64,000 nt of DNA from the human T2T-CHM13v2.0 reference genome, Homo sapiens, in assembly GCF_009914755.1 (NCBI RefSeq), contig NC_060932.1. One strand, written 5' to 3'. The translations under genes were made by a program, and so were the position numbers. Positions within the stretch are counted from its first letter, which is position 1. The number at the start of each line of letters is the position of its first letter. Of this stretch, positions 43,206-55,324 are shown piece after piece. A model generated the notes under the pieces. That model made no database searches. It was not told the origin of the DNA and worked only from the letters and a program-made list of their open reading frames with translations.

Positions 43206-43405
43206 TTACATGGGAAAGCCTTTCCCCTTCAATATCACCCAAGTGTTTGATTAAAATTAGGTGGCAGATTGGCAAATCTATAAAGTGCTTTCTTGTGTAG
43301 CCTGTCACCTATACCTACGGTGACCATATGGCCTACATTTTCCAGGATGGTGCAGATTTCACATAGTTCTAGTCTTCACTGCAAAGGTGATTTGTTAAAT
43401 TCCTA

Positions 43406-43780
<375 letters not shown>

Positions 43781-44441
43781 AAACCTGTGTTAGGCCACAT
43801 TTTCGAATTTTTTGAGAGGTACTCACCTCTGTATTTCTTATCCATGTGCAACGGGAAGTACTCAGAGAACTCAGGGCATCCCTGTTCCTTTGAGGGTCCC
43901 ACCTGGGCAGGGGAGGGAAATGAGAGGACAATCAATTTTCCATGTTATATAAATGCAAGGACTAAAGCCAGAGTGGTCTGAGCATTACCATGGCATCCTG
44001 AGGATGGCCACTGGGGGATTTTGTTTAGGATTTCAGTGGAAAGGGAGAAGTACAAGGACTGCCCACAGTGCCTTTGACCCTTGTCACTTCTCTGTCCTCT
44101 GTTGCTCTCTCTCTTGCTTTTGTCATTCAGCCCTTTCCAGTGGGTGGCTCCATCCTGAAGGGTGGGCTGGCTGCAGATGCCTATTCCAAGGAGTCATCCC
44201 AAGGAGCCGGCTCACGGTTTCCTCATCACCTGATGGAGGAAGATGGAGCAGCCTGTTGGCCACAGTGAGGGGAAGGGGTTGGGGATAGGGAATGGGGTTG
44301 CATCAGCAGCAGCTCTTTTGATTCTCCCTGTCCACACATTCTCCATTTCCACTGGTTTTAGGAATAAGCCATGAGCTGAAAGTAAGATAATAAGATGGCC
44401 CAGTAGGCAGTCTACTGTTGCCTTCAGGTCTGCTCTTCTTT

Positions 44442-44769
44442 ATTTTATTTTTATATTTATTTTTATTTTTATTCATTGATTAAGACAGGGTCTCACTCTG
44501 TTGTCCAGGCTGGAGTGCAGTGGATGATCTTGGCTCACTGCAACCTCCACTTCCTGGGCTCAAGAGATCTTCCCTCCTCAGCCTCCCAAGTAGCTGAGAT
44601 TTACAGGCACACGCCACTATGCTCAGCTAAATTTTTTTTTGTATTTTTAGTAGAGATGGGGTTTCACTTTGTTGGCCAGCCTAGTCTCAAACTCCTGACC
44701 TCAAAGTGACCTGCCTGCCTTGGCCTCCCAAAGTGCTGTGATTACAGGGGTGAGCCACTGCTCCCAGCC
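44442..44769 (-). mobile_element. AluJb-like
   Basis: Dimeric Alu with a J-type right arm; TSD tgctcttcttt. Confidence 0.92.
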
Positions 44770-45049
44770 TGCTCTTCTTTTAGGGGAGAGAAAGAAGCGT
44801 GTGGATTTCTGCCCTGGCATTTCACTTCTTGATCTGTTCCGAAGTAGCTTCCACCAGGCCCCTGAGACAGATTTCATAAATGGCAACACCGTTTTCACTG
44901 CTTCCTCCCCTTTTCAACACTTTCAACACTTTCTGTTTTGGATCAACTTTTACCTAAAATTCTAGCATGGGAGCTGGGAGATATCAGGAGGTGCAGTGGA
45001 GAGATTGCTTATAGTTTGTGAGTCAAGATAATTTCTGTGAGCAAGAGGC

Positions 45050-45480
45050 CTTCTCGAAGAAGCACACAGGATTTGCATCCAGAGTTTCAATGAATTCCAG
45101 TCTAGACTCTACTACCAATAAGCTCTGTAACCCAGGGCTGGTCAGTGAACTCATGAGACCTTACTTTTCTCAACTGTACTAGGAAAGAATATTCGTTCCT
45201 TTTAGTTCCATGGAAAAGCTCCGAGAACAGGTCACCTTTTGTCCTGGACAGTCTTTACTGAGTTTCAATTTCAGCTTTTGTATTTCTCATACAGAAATAT
45301 CATGGTTGACAACTACAATTTTTTTTGCTCATATGAATCAGAGGTTTGATGACTCTTGGAATAAATCCTGATAGGTGCTTGGTATTTTCACACACCTTTT
45401 TAATTTTTTCATGGAAACTCATCTTCCAAACAACTTTATAGGGATAAAATGAGATAATATTCACAATAGCGTCTAACAAA
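45050..45480 (+). mobile_element. MIR split by a ~215-bp inverted-repeat element
   Basis: MIR 5' half 45050-45200; 3' half resumes (gggataaaatgagataat) at about 45430. Confidence 0.6.
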
Positions 45481-45529
45481 GAATGAGGACACCAAATCTC
45501 ACAGACTCACACTTTTTACTTAAAGTCAC

Positions 45530-45884
45530 TGATATGGTTTGGTTCTGTCCCCACCCAAATATCATCTTGAATTCCCACGTGTTGTGGGAGAGACCTGGTA
45601 GCAGGTGATTAAATCATGGGGTCAGGTCTTTCCCATGCTGTTCTTGTGACAGTGAATAAGTCTCATGATATTTGATGGTTTTACTAAAAGGAGTTCCCCT
45701 GCACAAGCTCTTTCTTTGCCTGCCACCATCCATTTAAGAGATGACTTTGCTCCCCGTTGCCTTATGCCATGATTGTGAAGCCTCCCCAGCCACGTGGAAC
45801 TGCAAGTCCATTAAATCTTTGTCCTGTATAAATTGCCGGGTCTCAGGTATGTCTTTATCAGCAGTGTAAAAACAGACTAATACA
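45530..45884 (+). mobile_element. THE1B solo LTR
   Basis: tgatatggtttgg...gtgaataagtctcatga...cagactaataca; TSD gtcac/gtcat. Confidence 0.92.
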
Positions 45885-46409
45885 GTCATCCTGCTCAGAA
45901 GAGTTCTAATTATTATTTCAACCCTAGTATCATGGCTCCAAGACCAGATGCTCTTCCCAGTACATTGCAGCAGTCCTGTTCCAAAGTTGATGTTCTTAAA
46001 AGATACATGCACAAAACAAAAAGCTAAAATCCTATTATTCAATAATTCCCAAGACTCCTAAAATTAAAGGTTAGAGATGAGTAAGTCATTTTGAAAAGTG
46101 ACTCAATACAGCACTGTTTGACCAGGAAGATGTTTGAAAAGAAGTAACTAAGATATGATGGTCACCGTTCTGACTTTTGATAGCATTACAGATAATTTCA
46201 CTTCAAACAAGTGTGTAGTTTATTCTTCAGTATTCGGGCTGGCTTTGGGGGCTTTGAAGAAAGTCTACAGAAATAAACTCTGTTTTCTGCAAAGGGCCTC
46301 ATCAAAGGCATTTAGTACAACTCATTCCCCAAAATCACATGTATTCCAATCATGTGGTATAAAAGATCATGGATCCACAGGGGGCAGTATTTTGAAGATC
46401 AAAAGGAGA

Positions 46410-46850
46410 AAGAACTAATATTTTTGATTCCTTATATATGCCAGAAAATGAAAGGGGTTGCTTTCACCTCTGTTACCTCCTTTAATCTCCATGAACCCAC
46501 CATGAGGCAGGTAATACTGTTCCAGTTTTGCCGGTGAGAAGACTAAGGCTGAGGAGGACAAGGGCTTACTATGGTTACTTGGCTAGTGAAGAAAGTGGAG
46601 GAAAGTAGAGGAGCCCTGCTTTCTGGCTTGAACAGATGGGTGTACAGCATTGTAATTTGTTGATGCAAAAAACTCAGGTTGGAAGGTTTTGGGGGAGAAT
46701 TCCAAACTTTATGTTGGACATGTTAAATTGAGCTTTCTGGGAAATATCCAAGTCAGCAGCTGTCTCAACCTCAGAAGAAGAAATAGAAATTTGAGAGATG
46801 TCAGCATATAAATGAGTATTAAAAACCAGGCTCAGGGTGAGAGTATAAAC
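46410..46850 (-). mobile_element. MIR followed by an L2 fragment
   Basis: catgaggcaggt...gagaagactaaggct; tttggggg...ttggacatgttaaattgag. Confidence 0.6.
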
Positions 46851-46870
46851 TGGCACAACCTCTGTAGAGA

Positions 46871-46980
46871 GGGGCAACCATATACTTTATCCAAACCAGA
46901 CACTTTTAAGAGAAAAGGTGTTGTTATTATTAACTATGTTGAGACAATGTCTTCAGCAAATTAGAGCAGTTGGACATTCT
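46871..46980 (+). mobile_element. MER94 fragment
   Basis: ggggcaaccatatactttatccaaaccagacacttttaagag. Confidence 0.6.
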
Positions 46981-47420
46981 CTTTATAGAAGGTAATCTGG
47001 CAAGACCTGAAAATTACAAATGCACAAATGCATTCACCCACTTCTGGGAACTTATCCTACAAATATACTCATATGTGCAAAATGACACATTTATTAAATA
47101 TTATATTAATAGTAGAAAAATAGAAACAACTTAAATGTCAATAAGTAGAGGAATGGCCAAATAAAATATTTACATTAAAATATATAATATATATTAAAAT
47201 ATATATTAAAATTTGTAACATATAGACTACTTCTGGGAAAAAACACAAGAAATTGGTAATATTGATTGCCTCCAAGGAAGGAAATTAGATGGCTATGGAC
47301 AGTTGTCAGGAGGAAATTTTTCATTTTACCCTTTGGACTATTTTGAATTTTTAATCATGTTAAAATATTACTTCAAGAAAAAAACCATTCGTTTAAAATT
47401 GAAAATCAATAAAAAAAATC
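46981..47420 (+). mobile_element. L1ME 3' fragment
   Basis: cacttctgggaacttatcctac...gaaacaacttaaatgtc. Confidence 0.65.
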
Positions 47421-49844
47421 AAGCTAAACCTTAGCAATCTGTAGGGAAAAAAAATGTATTATGGGACTCGCAGTATTTTATACTTCTTACAAAGTAAGAA
47501 CTACAAATACATTACATTATGCAGAAATAGTCTCCACTTTCATGTATGATAACCAAGATACCTAATCCCAGATGAACAGAGTGACACTAAATGAAAGATG
47601 GCAAAATATCGTCGACCAGCCTTTCCGCTTAATACCCAGGAAAGGGATATCTTAGCATCCAGATGGATGGTGACAACCAGCAAAGCCAGCAGAAACTAGA
47701 AGGGGAGAGATTCCTTCCTGCTCATGGATGAGTGACCAGGAAATGACTACATGGGTCTGTAAAAATGTTCTGCAAACACAGAGATTAAGGACATAGAGCC
47801 CAAGAGTCATTGAAAGAGCATGTCATGTTGAAAGAAGGATTTTCTAAATAAAAACAAATTTTACATGGTATCTTCATTATAATCTCAAAACTTCATAAAA
47901 AGTCAGTCTCAATGAAACAATATATAAATAATTTAGAAAAAATCCTACTAAAGGGTTAGTCTGAAATTAAATAAAAAGAGTGGTATATAAGAATAAGAAG
48001 AAACACATACATACACACAAACAACCGCAAATTGAAAATCAAAATTAAAAGCTGTAAAAAGTTTCAGCCAAGATGGAATGACTGGTACCAGGCTAGTTCT
48101 TCCTCCTTTAACAACAAGAAAACTAGACAAAAATATATGAAATATCTCTTTTTTAGACATTAGAAACAAGCACAGAAGGACTATCACAATGAGAGAAAGG
48201 AAACAAAAGTGGCAAGCCCACAATTGCTGTGGCTTTCTGTCTAGAGGCACTTTTTAGTGCAGGATGGAGGAATCCAAGCAGAACATAGCAAGTTGATGAG
48301 TTGAGGAAACAGACTGATGTTTAGATGTTCTAAGGTGGCTAAGAGTTGTGAGAGACTATTGGACATAAGCTGGAGAAAGAGAGGTAGTGACAGACGGAGA
48401 CAGAGACACAGAGAGATATATCCAGAAATCTGTATCAGGGCTTTTTTGAGTCTGATGCTGAATATTAAGCCACACATATATAGGGTGCAAGTCCACGAGG
48501 CCACACAAAATCTACTACTGGAGAGCCGTAAAAATGAACAATTGGCAGAGCTCACAAAGACCTTGAGAGAGATTCAAGTTCTAGCCATCCAAAGTAGAGA
48601 GGCATTGAACACCTGAACATTCAGTAGAGATCCCATAAAGGTCACATCTTAGTGATAGGACTAAATATACTCTAGAATCAAGACTATTCTAGATTTTCCC
48701 TTACAGAGCTTAAGGAAATCCACAAAGGATTACACTAATCAGCAAGTCATTTAACTGTCTTTCAAAACAAAAACCAATACTCTAAAGAAAGACAACAAAA
48801 TTCAAACACTTGGCAATGTTATATTCAAGGTATCCAGGATCCAGTAGAAAATTACTAGACATACACAGAAGCAGGACTATATGATCGATAACCAGGAGAA
48901 AGATCAGTCAGCAGAAAGAGATCACACATTATAGAGATAATGAGATTTGCAAAAAAAAAACAACTTTAAAACCGCTATTCTAAATATGTTGAAGGATTTA
49001 GAGGAAATCATGAACAAATAGGGAAAGGAAGATGTTAAAATGATCAATTTTAGAACTTGAAAATGTGTGATCTGAAATGAAAACATTAACTGAGCCTCAG
49101 TATCATATTATATACACAGTACAAGAAAGTATCAGTGACCTTGAAGACAGAGCAATAGAAACTCTTCAAACTGAAACATAGAAAAAACTGAAAAAAGTGG
49201 ACAGAACTAAGTGACTTGTAGGACACCATCAAATGATCATGTGATTAAGAGTTTCTGAAAACTGCAAAACATTACTGAGAAAGTTTTTAAAGTATTTAAA
49301 TAAGTTAGGGATATACAATGTTTATCAGAAGGCTCAATATTATTAAGATGCTCATTTTCTCAAATTATTCTATAGATTCAACACAATCCAAATCTCAGAA
49401 GGTGTTTTGATAGAATTGATGAGTTAATTCTAAAATGTGTATATAAATGCAAAGTTTTAAAGTAGCCAAAACAATTTTGAAAAAGGACAAAGTTGGAAGA
49501 CTGATTTCAAGACTTACTATAAAGCTAAGACCAGTGTGGTATTGTCATGAAGGTACATATATAGATAATTGAAAGAAAAGAAAAAAGAAATAGGCCCACA
49601 CCAAATATATTCTCAATTGGTTTTGAAAAATGTGCCAAGGTAACTCAATGAGAAAAGAATATTCTTTTTAATAAGCTGTGCTGGAATAATGAATATCTTT
49701 ATAAGAAAAAAGGAGGACGAAGGGAAGGAGGAGTAGTTCCATCCATATTTGAATCCAAAAGAAAGTCACTTGAAATCATAATTTAAACATAAAATCTAAA
49801 ACTTCAAAAGTTCCAGAATAAAATGAAAAAATCATTACAGCATT

Positions 49845-49917
49845 GGATACATTTGATAACTAGGATACATTTGATAATTTTCAATATCATTCCTGACTTT
49901 TAATAAAAAATTTTAAA
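49845..49917 (+). repeat. Ectopic copy of 51547-51599 with an extra 15-bp tandem repeat
   Basis: 49865-49917 vs 51547-51599 are 49/53 identical; ggatacatttgataa occurs twice. Confidence 0.9.
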
Positions 49918-50445
49918 CATTGTGGTACAAAAATATTTCTTAGGATGCATAAAGTACTATTCATAAAATTTAAAAGATTGACAAATGAGACTTTACCAAA
50001 ATTTGAAATGTCACCTCTTCCAAAGACATTTCAAATAGATATATATAGAAAAAAAATGACCCTAGTCCTAAACCTCATGCTTTCATAAAAATTAACTCAA
50101 AATGGATCACAGATTTAAAGACAAAACATAAAACTTTACAAGTTTCAGAAGAAAACTTAGGAGAAAATCTTCAGGATCTAGGGTTAGGCGAAGGGTTCTT
50201 GATACCAAAAGTATAATCTGTAAAAGGGAAAATGGATAAATTGACCTTATTAAAATTTAAAAATTTGTTCTGCTAAAGATCCTGTTAAAAGGATGAAAAG
50301 ACAAGCTACCCACTGGAAAGAAATATTGCAAACCACATATCCAACAAAGAACTACTATTTTGAATACATACAGAACTCTCAAAACTCAAAAGTAAAAAGA
50401 AAATAAAATAAATAAACCCAAAACTCCAATTAGAAAATGAGCTAA

Positions 50446-50759
50446 GGCCAGGCGCGGGTGGCTCACGCCTGTATTCCCAGCACTTTGGGGGGTGGAGGCG
50501 GGCCGATCATGAGGTCAGGGGATTGAGACCATCCTGGCTAACACAGTGAAACCCCGTCTTTAGTAAAAATACAAAAAAAAAAAAAAAGCAGGGCGTGGTG
50601 GCAGGTGCCTGTAGTGAGGCTGAGGCAGGAGAATGGCGTGAATCTGGGAATTGGAGCTTACAGTGAGCCGAGATCGCGCCACTGCACTCCAGCCTGGGCG
50701 ACAGAGAGAGACTCCGTCTCAAAAAAAAAAAAAAAAAAAAAAAAGCAAAGAAAAAAGAA
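50446..50759 (+). mobile_element. AluY with a small internal deletion
   Basis: gcctgtagt^gaggctgagg lacks cccagctactcgg; 14-bp TSD agaaaatgagctaa (50432-50445 / 50760-50773). Confidence 0.95.
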
Positions 50760-50999
50760 AGAAAATGAGCTAAAAACATGAGATATTTCACTGAAGATGG
50801 CAAATAAGCACCTGAAAAGATATTCAACCTCACTAGCAATTGGGGAAATGCAAATTAGAACCAAAATGACTATCACTACATACCAATCACAATGACTAAA
50901 TTTAAAAAATAGTGACAAGACCAAATGCTGGCAAGGATGTGAAGAAATGGGACCACTCACACACTGCTAGTGGGAAGTATAAATTGGTACCAAATTACT

Positions 51000-51850
51000 A
51001 AAAGCCTAACAAAAAAGCATGATATTAATAAATTAGACCACAAGACAAAAACAATACGGACCATATATAATTCTACGCTATTCAATTTTAAAATTTCAAT
51101 TTATGCAGAAAAGTTTAAAGTGATAATGTTGACACAGGATAAAATAAAAATTCTTAATTATTCAATAAAAATGGGTAAAAAGGAAACAGCTGTCAGTAAA
51201 TTATCTCCAAAAGGGCTCCTAGCCCAGAAGTTTTTCTGAGCAAGCTTTACATTTTTTTCAAGAAAAATAATTCTCTCCTGTTATGTAAGCTTGAAAATAA
51301 CAAAATTATTCCAATTTATCTTATGATTCTGCAGGTCTCTCAAGAACACAAGCTTGGTACTTTGAAAAATGAAAAATATAAACCAATCTTTTGACTAGCA
51401 AATCATATCTAGCAGCTTATTTAAACAAATAATACAGCATAATCAGGAATGTAAAAATAGCTTGATGGTGAAAAAATCTATTGATATAATTCATCATCTC
51501 TATAAAATCAAAGGAGAATGAATCATGATTCTTACTAGATGCCAAAATACATTTGGCAAGTTTCAATATCATTCCTGACTTTTAATAAAAAAATTTAAAA
51601 AGATACCTGCTAGCCACAAAGAATAGAAGACTTCCTTAACCAGATTAAGAATATTTATGTCAAATTGGCCAATATCATGTTCAATGGGGAAACCTGGACA
51701 TTAAAATCAGACCTCACCATATGAGCTTGCCATCATTATTACTACTTTTTAATATTTTCCTGGCACTCTTAGTCAACAATAAGTCAACAAAAAGAAACAT
51801 GAAGTATAAATATTGGAAAGAAGAGAAAAATTGTTATTTGCCTCAGATGA
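51000..51850 (+). mobile_element. Very old L1M ORF2 RT-region fragment
   Basis: catgattcttactagatgccaaaatacatttggcaag resembles MIISIDAEKAFDK. Confidence 0.65.
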
Positions 51851-52073
51851 CAAAGACAATATCTTTGATTAGTTTGAATTTTTGGAAACCAAACTCTCCT
51901 TATTTTCTGCTTTTTGCCTGGTATTATTTCATCCCTGAGGCAATGAGACACTACCTATTATTTGCTTGAAGGAGGGAGAGGAAGAAAAGGGAGGTGCGTT
52001 ATATACAAAATACATGCACATATAGACACACACACACAAATATCTGCAGAATAGACATTAAAATATTAACAAT

Positions 52074-52360
52074 GGCCAGGTGCGGTGGCTCATGCCTGTA
52101 ATCCGAGCACTTTGGGAGGCCCAGGTAGGAGGATCACTTGAAGTCAGGAGTTCGAGACCAACCTGACCAACATGGCAAAACTTCGTCTCTACTAAAAATA
52201 CAAAAATTAGCTGGGCATGGTGGTGGGCACCTGTGATCCCAGCTACTCAGGAGGCTGAGGCAGGAGAATCACTTGAACCTGGGAGGCGTAGGCTGCAGTG
52301 AGCCAAGATTGCACACCTACACTCCAGCCTGGGCAACAGAGCAAGACTCTATCTCAAAAA
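52074..52360 (+). mobile_element. AluSx/Sz in an L1ME 3' end
   Basis: Dimeric Alu; flanking ttaacaa duplication. Confidence 0.94.
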
Positions 52361-52599
52361 GTTAACAAGACTTATTTCTTAATGGTAAGATTCCAATTTT
52401 TTTTTTCTTTATGCTTTTCTACAATTTCCAAATTTTCTACAGTGAACATTTATTAGTTATGTAGTAGAAAAATACACATTATTTTTCAAAAGCCAAAGAT
52501 AAATAAGGGGAAGAAAGGTGTTCAAATTGTAGCAGAAATGGCTGGTGGGGAGTTGGAAGAAGAATCCAAAGGGGATAATATGTGCTTGGGATATATTGA

Positions 52600-52760
52600 A
52601 AGAACCATGGCTTTGGAAGCAGAAGACTGGAGTTCCATCACTGGTGGCATCGCTTATAAATGTGATAATTCCAGGCAAGTCATTTGACTCTGGTAGCCCC
52701 AGTTTCCTTTGGGGAAGACCCCTACTACCCATTCTTCATGTCTCCCACATTAAGGGGCTT
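52600..52760 (+). mobile_element. MIR
   Basis: ggctttggaagcagaagactgg...ggcaagtcatttgactct...cagtttcc. Confidence 0.7.
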
Positions 52761-53768
52761 CCATGGAGAAATAGGACTTTCACCTTGTGTCACCTGCAGC
52801 TTATGGGTCTACCAACCAGGCAGCACAATTTGCCCAGGACAGTTAATGCTTTTTGTCACATCATATTTATTCATCTCTTCCCTTTTCACTCTCCAAAGTC
52901 TCCTAGTTTTAAGCAATGCATTGATGTGGTCACCCCACTCACGGCAGCTTTGTTCATGAGAAAAAAAAATGGCTGTTTTTAGGCAGTTTTAAACAAACGT
53001 GGACTTTAGCAAACTCTAACTGCTACAGTGAGCAAACAGGCTGTTGGGGTCTTAGTTAAACCCACTTCATGATGGCTACCATAAGCTTTGCCTGGAACTA
53101 ACCAGGCACAGTGCGGCATTGTTGTCTTTAAGCATCAGTAAGCAGAAGTGTGCTTGCAGCAATGTGGATCTTAGCCAGGACTGCAGGCCAAGAGTGTAAA
53201 TGGCATAGACAGCGCATGATCTACAGAGCGTAGAGGTGTCATGCCTGCCTTGGGCTGGCAGGGTGGGCTCAGGTATCCTGGTGCTGTTCCCCTTCCTGTT
53301 GCTTTGCATCTTGTCTGGAAGGGTGAAAAATGTGGTTGGATTCACATGGCTTGTTGGCACATTCAAGAATTCATCCCAAATTTGGTTCTCAGTTTGTTAA
53401 ATATGTCAGCACTGACCGAAATTTTAGATTTCAGGACCCAAATTGTGGCTTACCCCATAGATCTTTCTCCTTCCTTCAAATATTGCAGGCCCTCTGACAA
53501 TACTCATTACTGGATTCTGAAAAAACAGTCTGCTCAAAAACCTGTTCTGATGGCTGGGGATTACTTGTGGTTCTGAATTATGTGGAATATGAGACTGAGG
53601 CTATAATAATCTGATGTGTCCTATTAACTCTTTGAACTCTTTAAAAAATGTGGCTCATGAGAGGCCATGAAGGAGCCACACCCATTCCCACAGAAGGCAG
53701 CCCAGGCTGGGGCTGCTACAGACATCAGACCCAGGCCCTCTGGTAGAGACTCATCAGAACTGGAAATT

Positions 53769-54058
53769 GGGCTGGGCATGGTGGCTCATACCTGTAATCC
53801 CAGCACTTTTGGAGGCCTAGGTGGATGGATCACTTGGGGTCAGGAGTTTAAGACCTGCCTGGCCAACATGGTGAAACCCTGTCTATTAAAAATACAAAAA
53901 TTACCCAGGCGTGGTGGCGGGCACCTGTAATCCCAGCTACTCAGGAGGCTGAGGCACAAGAATTGCTTGAACTCGGGAGGCAGAGGTTGTAGTGAGCCAA
54001 GATCACGCCATCGCACTTCAGCCAACAGAGTGAGACTGCATCTCAAAAAAAAAAAAAA
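53769..54058 (+). mobile_element. AluSx-like
   Basis: Dimeric Alu with poly-A. Confidence 0.94.
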
Positions 54059-54390
54059 TTGGAAATGAAATGAAATTTTGAACACTTTTTTGCATATCAA
54101 GTCATGGGAAAAAAAATAAAAATTTGTGTTGGACTTGACGTTCTTTGGAATTTTAATTGTACATTAAGGAAATTTAACTTTGGGCTTTAATTCTTTGGAA
54201 CCTAAACTTTGGACTTTCCTTAGAAGAAGATTTGATTTTTGGACTTCAAGATCTCACTTGGAATTTCCAGATGAAAGGGAGTTTGTATTCAAATTTGGTC
54301 TCCTCTGTGTTGCCGGAATTCAATTATTGAGTATTTTATATTGTTATTTAATTACATTGCAGAACCTCCAAAAAACATTATATTAGACAA

Positions 54391-55160
54391 TGTAGCTGAA
54401 CATTTTGGCGGCAGGGAGTGAGAAAAAGACTAGGAAGTGAATTTGCCCTTACGTTAGTTAAATTAATATGCTCTTTGGATCCATCCAGAGTCTTCTGAGA
54501 GTCATTTCTCAACTGTCCACCTTCAATCCCAGAAGGATTCTCCAAAGGAACTGTGGCTAGTGTGAGGGGACTGGCCTCAGAAAGATGGGAGTGGCACTGT
54601 TAGGACAGAGAGCTCCCCCAGAGAAAATAGCCACAACCTTGGGTGACCATAAGCTTAATGGTTAAACCCAGTTGGCTAGGAGAACAAAGAACTGGGATGC
54701 TTTAAGAGAAATCACTTTTTATCCTTTCCGTATGCCTTCATGAGTAACACTCCTGGCGCCCTGGCCCCTATCCCTCACATCCCCATGAGAAGGAGGGAGT
54801 TGTAGCCTTTGGCATATGTGATCTGTTGGGTAGAGTTCATCCATCAAAAGACTGTCAGCATGAGGGATTTGCTCTCATCCCTCCTGTCTTCTAGTTTTAG
54901 TTAATGCATCTGCTGTGGTCCCAAACTTTCACTTGGATGGCCACCCCAGGGTCTACACTAGCGTGTGTCGTGTGTGCCTGTGGGGAGTGGGTTGGGTAGG
55001 GAATGTTAACAGGCTCATGGCATACCTCAGCCATGCTCCCCAATAACGTGTATTAGTAATAAAGTCAGCATTTTCCTCTTCATTTGCCTGACTCCTGTTC
55101 TACCCTGTGGTAGGTTCTGAACTTGGGCAAGAACAAGCATATTAGTTTGTTTACTCTATA
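54391..55160 (+). mobile_element. Ancient LTR (MamGypLTR/LTR85-88-like)
   Basis: TG start (tgtagc); aataaa at about 55058 followed by a U5-like pyrimidine tract; family uncertain. Confidence 0.4.
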
Positions 55161-55290
55161 GAGCCCCCAGTAACGCTCATCTTTAAAGTCTGAATAATAA
55201 GCCCCACCACTACTCCCATCATACGCAGCTGTATTTAAAGGTTAAGCAGATAATGGATGTAAAAATACTTTGTAAATTGCTTATCATTCC
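55160..55290 (+). mobile_element. MIR 3' half
   Basis: ctcatctttaaagtctgaataataa...gataatggatgtaaaaatactttgtaaa. Confidence 0.7.
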
Positions 55291-55324
55291 TTAGTTTGGT
55301 CAATTCTTGTTGTTACTTGTATTA

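Larger units (their letters stand above)
48062..50990 (+). mobile_element. Mosaic L1M: 5'UTR/ORF1 (about 48062-49250) joined to ORF2 3' pieces (about 49270-50990)
   Basis: agccaagatggaat 5' start; ctgatttcaagacttactataaagcta; aaaattaactcaaaatggatcacag; gaaatgcaaattagaacc. Confidence 0.75.

Noticed and set aside
52545-52982. 145-aa ORF
   Set aside because: Non-ATG start, runs through a MIR, no recognisable homology.
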